From: Thermobacillus sp. ZCTH02-B1
Lineage (GTDB): Bacteria > Bacillota > Bacilli > Paenibacillales > Paenibacillaceae
NCBI RefSeq assembly: GCF_002159085.1
Contig: NZ_LZRU01000035.1
Span: 19,866 to 83,865, forward strand
DNA length: 64,000 nt
Direction of reading: 5' to 3'
A program made the translations under genes and the position numbers. The first letter of the stretch is position 1, and each line of letters starts with the position of its first letter. Below, one piece after another: positions 59,941 to 64,000 of the stretch. Under the pieces are notes generated by a model, which made no database searches, was not told where the DNA came from, and worked only from the letters and a program-made list of their open reading frames with translations.

Positions 59941-60299
59941 GCATGTTCCGCACGCATTCCGAACCTGTTCCCTGCTCCATCGTCCCGCACCACACGCTTC
60001 CGGACCGCATCCCGCCAACAGAGCGCGCGATGCCTTCCCCTTTTCGATCACATCCCCTTCGCTCAACCGGTCCCGCCGCACGCTTCCGGACCGCCGCCCC
60101 TGCGCAGCCGGATCGCGCCCGGCCGGACCCGACCGTCCGGCTCCGCCCGGAGATGGGGTGCGTCCCCGACCCGGGTCCGGACCCGAAAACCGCCGACGGA
60201 CCGTTACGGGCATCTTTCGCCGGGCGCTACAATATGATCATCAAGAGATCAACCGGGAGCGACCGGAAATTCCGCCATCCCGCGAAAGGAGAATCGTCC

Positions 60300-60527
60300 A
60301 TGCAAAAGCTTTACCGCTCCAGAAGGGACCGCATGCTGACGGGGCTTTGCGGCGGCATCGCGGACTGGATGGGCGCGGATCCGACCTTCATCCGCCTCGC
60401 GGCGGTCATCGCGGCGCTCTTCAGCTTCGGCACCGCGCTGCTGGTCTATTTCCTGTGCAGCCTTGTCGTTCCGTCCGAACCGCATGCGTATCCCCTGCAC
60501 CCGTATCACGATTACCGGTACCGCTGA
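60300..60527 (+). CDS. pspC: PspC domain protein
   Basis: MQKLYRSRRDRMLTGLCGGIADW; SD AAGGAG. Confidence 0.88.
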   Translation: MQKLYRSRRDRMLTGLCGGIADWMGADPTFIRLAAVIAALFSFGTALLVYFLCSLVVPSEPHAYPLHPYHDYRYR

Positions 60528-60582
60528 CGGAAGCGGGGCGCGCGTCACCCCCCGACCGATCATACCGAAAGGAGCATGACCG

Positions 60583-61278
60583 ATGACGAGCATCTGGAAA
60601 CGCATCGCCGACGTCGCGAAGTTCACGGCCCACGAAGCGCTGGATCGTCTGGAAGATCCCGTCATGATGCTGAACCATTACATCCGTGAAATGGAGGAGG
60701 AACTGGAAGACGCGCAGGAAGCGCTGCTCAGCCAGCGGGCGATCGAGCGGACGGCGCTCCTCAGGCACCAGGAATACCTCCGGATCGCCGCGGACCTGGA
60801 GGCGCGCGCCGCCGAAGCGCTGACCGCCGGCCGGGAAGCCGAGGCGCGGGCCGCGATCGCGGATAAGCTGGCGTTCGAGCAGAAGGCCGCCCGTTACCTG
60901 ACCTGGCACGAGGAAGCCGGCGCGCGCGCGGCCGAACTGGAGGCGCAGGTCGAACAGGCGAAGGCGGAGCTGGAGCGGCTCCGCGCGAAGCGCGCCGAAC
61001 TGGCCGACCGGGCGGAAAAGGCGGCGGCCGCGGGCGCCGGGTCCGGCGGCACGGAACTCGGCGTCAGGTTCGCTTCCGGCGTCGCCGGAATCGGCCGGGC
61101 CGCGGTGCGCGGTTTCGAGCGGATCGAGGAGAAGATTCTGCGGTGGGAAGCGGAGAACGAGGCGCGCAGGGCAGGCGGAGGCTGGAATCCGACCGCGCCG
61201 CACGACGACGCCTCCATCGCCGAACGGGTCGACGAGCAGCTCGAAGCGCTCCGCCGCCGGCAGCCGGGCGCGAATTGA
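60583..61278 (+). CDS. pspA: PspA/IM30 (LiaH-like) protein
   Basis: SIWKRI...LDRLEDPVMMLNHYIREME coiled coil, FERIEEKI. Confidence 0.9.
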   Translation: MTSIWKRIADVAKFTAHEALDRLEDPVMMLNHYIREMEEELEDAQEALLSQRAIERTALLRHQEYLRIAADLEARAAEALTAGREAEARAAIADKLAFEQKAARYLTWHEEAGARAAELEAQVEQAKAELERLRAKRAELADRAEKAAAAGAGSGGTELGVRFASGVAGIGRAAVRGFERIEEKILRWEAENEARRAGGGWNPTAPHDDASIAERVDEQLEALRRRQPGAN

Positions 61279-61382
61279 CCGGCGATGACCGCCGCGGGAG
61301 GCTCCGTGCGCAGCGCGCGGGGCCTTTCCCCGCCCTTCGACGCCGGACGCGTCTCGAAAGGCGGCGCTCCCGATGGGCGCGC

Positions 61383-61452
61383 TTGACGAACCGCTGCGGC
61401 CATGATATATTCAACAACGGATATCCAATGTTGGATATACAACTTCGGAACG
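61383..61452 (+). promoter_or_regulatory. Sigma-A promoter with palindromic operator array
   Basis: TTGACG-N17-TATATT; ATATCCAA-TG-TTGGATAT at 61421-61438 with degenerate copies at 61407 and 61435. Confidence 0.75.
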
Positions 61453-61465
61453 GGAGCATGCCGTC

Positions 61466-62020
61466 GTGAACGCTACGAATCTCATCGTGCTCGGCTTTCT
61501 CCGTATGCGGCCGATGCACGGCTACGAAATCCAGCAGCTCATCCAGCAGAACCGCATGGACTCCTGGGCGAATCTGCTCTCCGGCTCCATCTACTACGCG
61601 CTCGGCAAAATGGAACAGGAAGGCCTGATCCGCGCCGAGGCGGAAGTGCGCACCGGCAACCGGCTTCGCAAGATTTACACGATTACGGAGAAGGGCGAAG
61701 CGCAATTCCGGGAGATGGTCCGCGAGTCGCTGCTCGCAAGTCCCCATTCCATGAAGTCCGATCTCGCGCTCGGGCTCACCTGGATCGACGCCGTGCCGCG
61801 GGATGAGGCCATACGGCTGCTCGAGCGGAATCTGGAGCAGGTGGAACGGACGCGGGATCAATGGCTGCTCGGCCGCAAGATCAAGAGCAGCTACGGCCTG
61901 TCGCCGATCGTCATGACCGCCTTCGACAACGCCATCGGCGTGATGGAGCTGGACATCGCCTATCTGAAACGTCTGATCGAGCTGCTGCGGGAAGAATCGC
62001 CGGGCGACGGAACGGGCTGA
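61466..62020 (+). CDS. PadR family transcriptional regulator (long form)
   Basis: PMHGYEI...GSIYYAL...RKIYTITEKG. Confidence 0.92.
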   Translation: MNATNLIVLGFLRMRPMHGYEIQQLIQQNRMDSWANLLSGSIYYALGKMEQEGLIRAEAEVRTGNRLRKIYTITEKGEAQFREMVRESLLASPHSMKSDLALGLTWIDAVPRDEAIRLLERNLEQVERTRDQWLLGRKIKSSYGLSPIVMTAFDNAIGVMELDIAYLKRLIELLREESPGDGTG

Positions 62021-62096
62021 ATTTCGCCGGACCGCAATCGCACCCGGACGCCTGTCTCCGCACGGGAACGTTCCCGCGCGGCTTGCTTCTGCTCGA

Positions 62097-62128
62097 ATAT
62101 CCAACATTGGTTATATAACATTGGATAA
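62097..62128 (+). promoter_or_regulatory. Second operator array upstream of ABC genes
   Basis: ATATCCAA-CA-TTGGTTAT (62097) and TTATATAA-CA-TTGGATAA (62111). Confidence 0.75.
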
Positions 62129-62143
62129 CAAGGAGTGTGTCCC

Positions 62144-62884
62144 ATGGCCAACCTGGCAACCCGCCGCGTCCTGATCCGCGCTTCGTCGCTGGTCAAGCGG
62201 TATGGCCGGCGCAACGTGGTGGACGGCATCAGCCTGGCCGTGAACGAGGGCGAGGTGCTGGCCGTCATCGGTCCGAACGGCGCCGGCAAATCGACGACGC
62301 TGGAGCTGATCCTCCGGCTGCGCCGGCCCGACGCGGGATCCGTCGAATATGCCGAACCGGAACTCCGGCGCCGCATCGGCGTCCAGCTGCAGACGGCGCC
62401 GATCTTCCCCGGCTATACCGCGCTCGAGAACATGCGCCTCGCCGCCGCGTTCCATCGCCTGCGGCCCGGAGATGACGAGCTGCTGCGCCGGCTTGCCGCC
62501 TGCGGACTCGCCGAGATGGCGCATACCGACGCCGCGCGCCTGTTCGGCGGCCAGCAGAAGCGGCTCGCCATCGCGATGGCGCTCGTGCACGACCCCAAAC
62601 TGCTCTTCCTCGACGAACCGACGGCGGCGCTCGATCCGCGCGCCCGGCTGGAAATCCGGGAACTCATCGGCTCGCTCGCGAAAGGCGGCACATCCGTCGT
62701 CTTCACGTCGCACGAGCTGGATGAGGTTCACCGCCTCGCCGACCGGATCGTGTTCATCGACGCCGGACGCATGCTGGCGGAAGGTTCGCCCGCGGCGCTG
62801 TTGGAACAATACAACGTTTCCGATCTGGAACAGCTCTATCTTCGGCTCACGCAGGAAGCGCCGAACGCCGTGGCCGTGCAATAA
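62144..62884 (+). CDS. ABC transporter ATP-binding protein
   Basis: GPNGAGKST, LDEPT, SH; signature reads LFGGQ. Confidence 0.9.
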   Translation: MANLATRRVLIRASSLVKRYGRRNVVDGISLAVNEGEVLAVIGPNGAGKSTTLELILRLRRPDAGSVEYAEPELRRRIGVQLQTAPIFPGYTALENMRLAAAFHRLRPGDDELLRRLAACGLAEMAHTDAARLFGGQQKRLAIAMALVHDPKLLFLDEPTAALDPRARLEIRELIGSLAKGGTSVVFTSHELDEVHRLADRIVFIDAGRMLAEGSPAALLEQYNVSDLEQLYLRLTQEAPNAVAVQ

Positions 62885-62929
62885 GCCGGTCGCCCGCAAT
62901 CATCCGCATCATGAAGGAGGATTCATGGC

Positions 62930-63679
62930 ATGACCACCGTTTTCCGCACGATGCTGATCGGCCAGTTCCGGGATCCGCATACGTTGTTCTGGACCATCGT
63001 GACCCCGTTCGTGCTGCTGCTCGGCCTCGGGTTCTGGTTCGACAAGCCCGGCTATGCCGAACGGCTGCTGGCCGGCGTGCTCGCGGTGAACGTCCTGTTC
63101 GGCCCCGGCATGGTCACGCCGTTCCAGGTGATGACGCTTCGCAACCGGGGCGTGTTCAAACTGCTCCGCACCGCGTCTCTGCCGACTTCGGCGTTTATCA
63201 CGGCATCCGCCGGCGCCCGCACGGCCCTGTCCCTCGTGGTCTGCGCCTGTCTGACGGCGGCGGGCTGCCTCGTCTTCGACGTCAGGCTCACGCTTCCCGG
63301 CCTTGCGCTGATGCTGGTCGCGGTCCTGATCGGCTCGCTTTGCTTCACCGCCGTCGGCTTCATCTCGGGCAACCTGGGCCGGAACGAGAGCGCCACCAGC
63401 ATGATCTCGAACCTGATCTGCATGCCGATGCTGTTCGCCAGCGAGGCTTTCTATTCCCTGGAACATGCTCCCCGGTGGGTCCAAATCGCAAGCCTTCTCC
63501 ATCCGTTCTCCCACTTCGTCAACGTGTTGTCCGACGGGGTGCGCGGCGGCTGGCAGGCTTCCACCTGGACTTCCCTGGCGGCGCTGGCCGCGTTCACGCT
63601 GCTCTGCCTGTCCATGGCGGCCGCCACATTCCGGTGGGATAACGAATCGTCCCGTTTCCGTATTTTGGGTAATCGTTGA
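62930..63679 (+). CDS. ABC-2 type permease
   Basis: SD AAGGAGG; six TM segments; RNRGVFKLL, FRW C-terminus. Confidence 0.88.
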   Translation: MTTVFRTMLIGQFRDPHTLFWTIVTPFVLLLGLGFWFDKPGYAERLLAGVLAVNVLFGPGMVTPFQVMTLRNRGVFKLLRTASLPTSAFITASAGARTALSLVVCACLTAAGCLVFDVRLTLPGLALMLVAVLIGSLCFTAVGFISGNLGRNESATSMISNLICMPMLFASEAFYSLEHAPRWVQIASLLHPFSHFVNVLSDGVRGGWQASTWTSLAALAAFTLLCLSMAAATFRWDNESSRFRILGNR

Positions 63680-63830
63680 AAAACATCCCTGGGTGATAGA
63701 TAATGAATACGGATCGAACGTCTTGAGAATCGCCATCCCGGAACGATCCTGACCGAGACCGCGCAACCGGCCGGATCCCGCTTGATCCAACCGGCCGGCG
63801 GTTATCCTGTGACGGGAGCATCCAATCAGA

Positions 63831-64000
63831 ATGGTGAATCTTCGGGACGATTTCCGGCTCTACAGGCTAGCCTACCACTTCGACCGAATCGGCAAAGCGT
63901 TCGTGGGACGCGACGGACGGCTGTCGTGCGCCAATCCCGCCCTGTGCGGCATGCTCGGACTCGAAGCTGACGCGATAGCCGGACGCCTCGCGTCGGAGCT
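63831..64000 (+). CDS. PAS-domain signalling protein, 5' part only
   Basis: MVNLRDDF...IGKAFVGRDGRLSCANPALCGMLG, a PAS-like start; open to the window end; GGGAG upstream. Confidence 0.6.
   Translation, partial: MVNLRDDFRLYRLAYHFDRIGKAFVGRDGRLSCANPALCGMLGLEADAIAGRLASE

Overview
High-GC Firmicutes chromosomal window. Gene content, SD sequences and sigma-A/sigma-K promoter styles suggest a Paenibacillaceae such as Thermobacillus or Cohnella (inference). It contains three carbohydrate-sensing/uptake loci, each a YesMN-like two-component system plus ABC binding protein and permeases; one carries a secreted CBM9-CE1 esterase and one an extra sensor-associated binding protein. A decayed tract holds a frameshifted PadR-HAAS-DUF4097 operon, a collapsed FtsX-type exporter and an Sfp-type PPTase relic. 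Other contents: an araL-araM-like pair, eda, galU, a Per-box-controlled dps, an anaerobic module (NreA/NreC/NreB-like, Fnr, pflBA with two Fnr boxes), tRNA-Thr(CGU), an HD-GYP protein, a BmrCD-like exporter, a PDZ-Lon protease, ltaS, pspC-pspA and a PadR-ABC unit. No CRISPR array, transposase or integrase was seen. The most notable candidates are: (1) a ~150-aa core with all six His of an arthropod-hemocyanin/prophenoloxidase-style type-3 dicopper site (39556..40275); (2) a probable ~70-nt C-rich sRNA behind a perfect WalR box (24917..25056); (3) an Fnr-driven NreABC variant whose kinase has a Cys-free, flavin-type PAS domain; (4) several internal-deletion scars recording lost genes. All functional calls come from motif recognition by eye; no database search was run.
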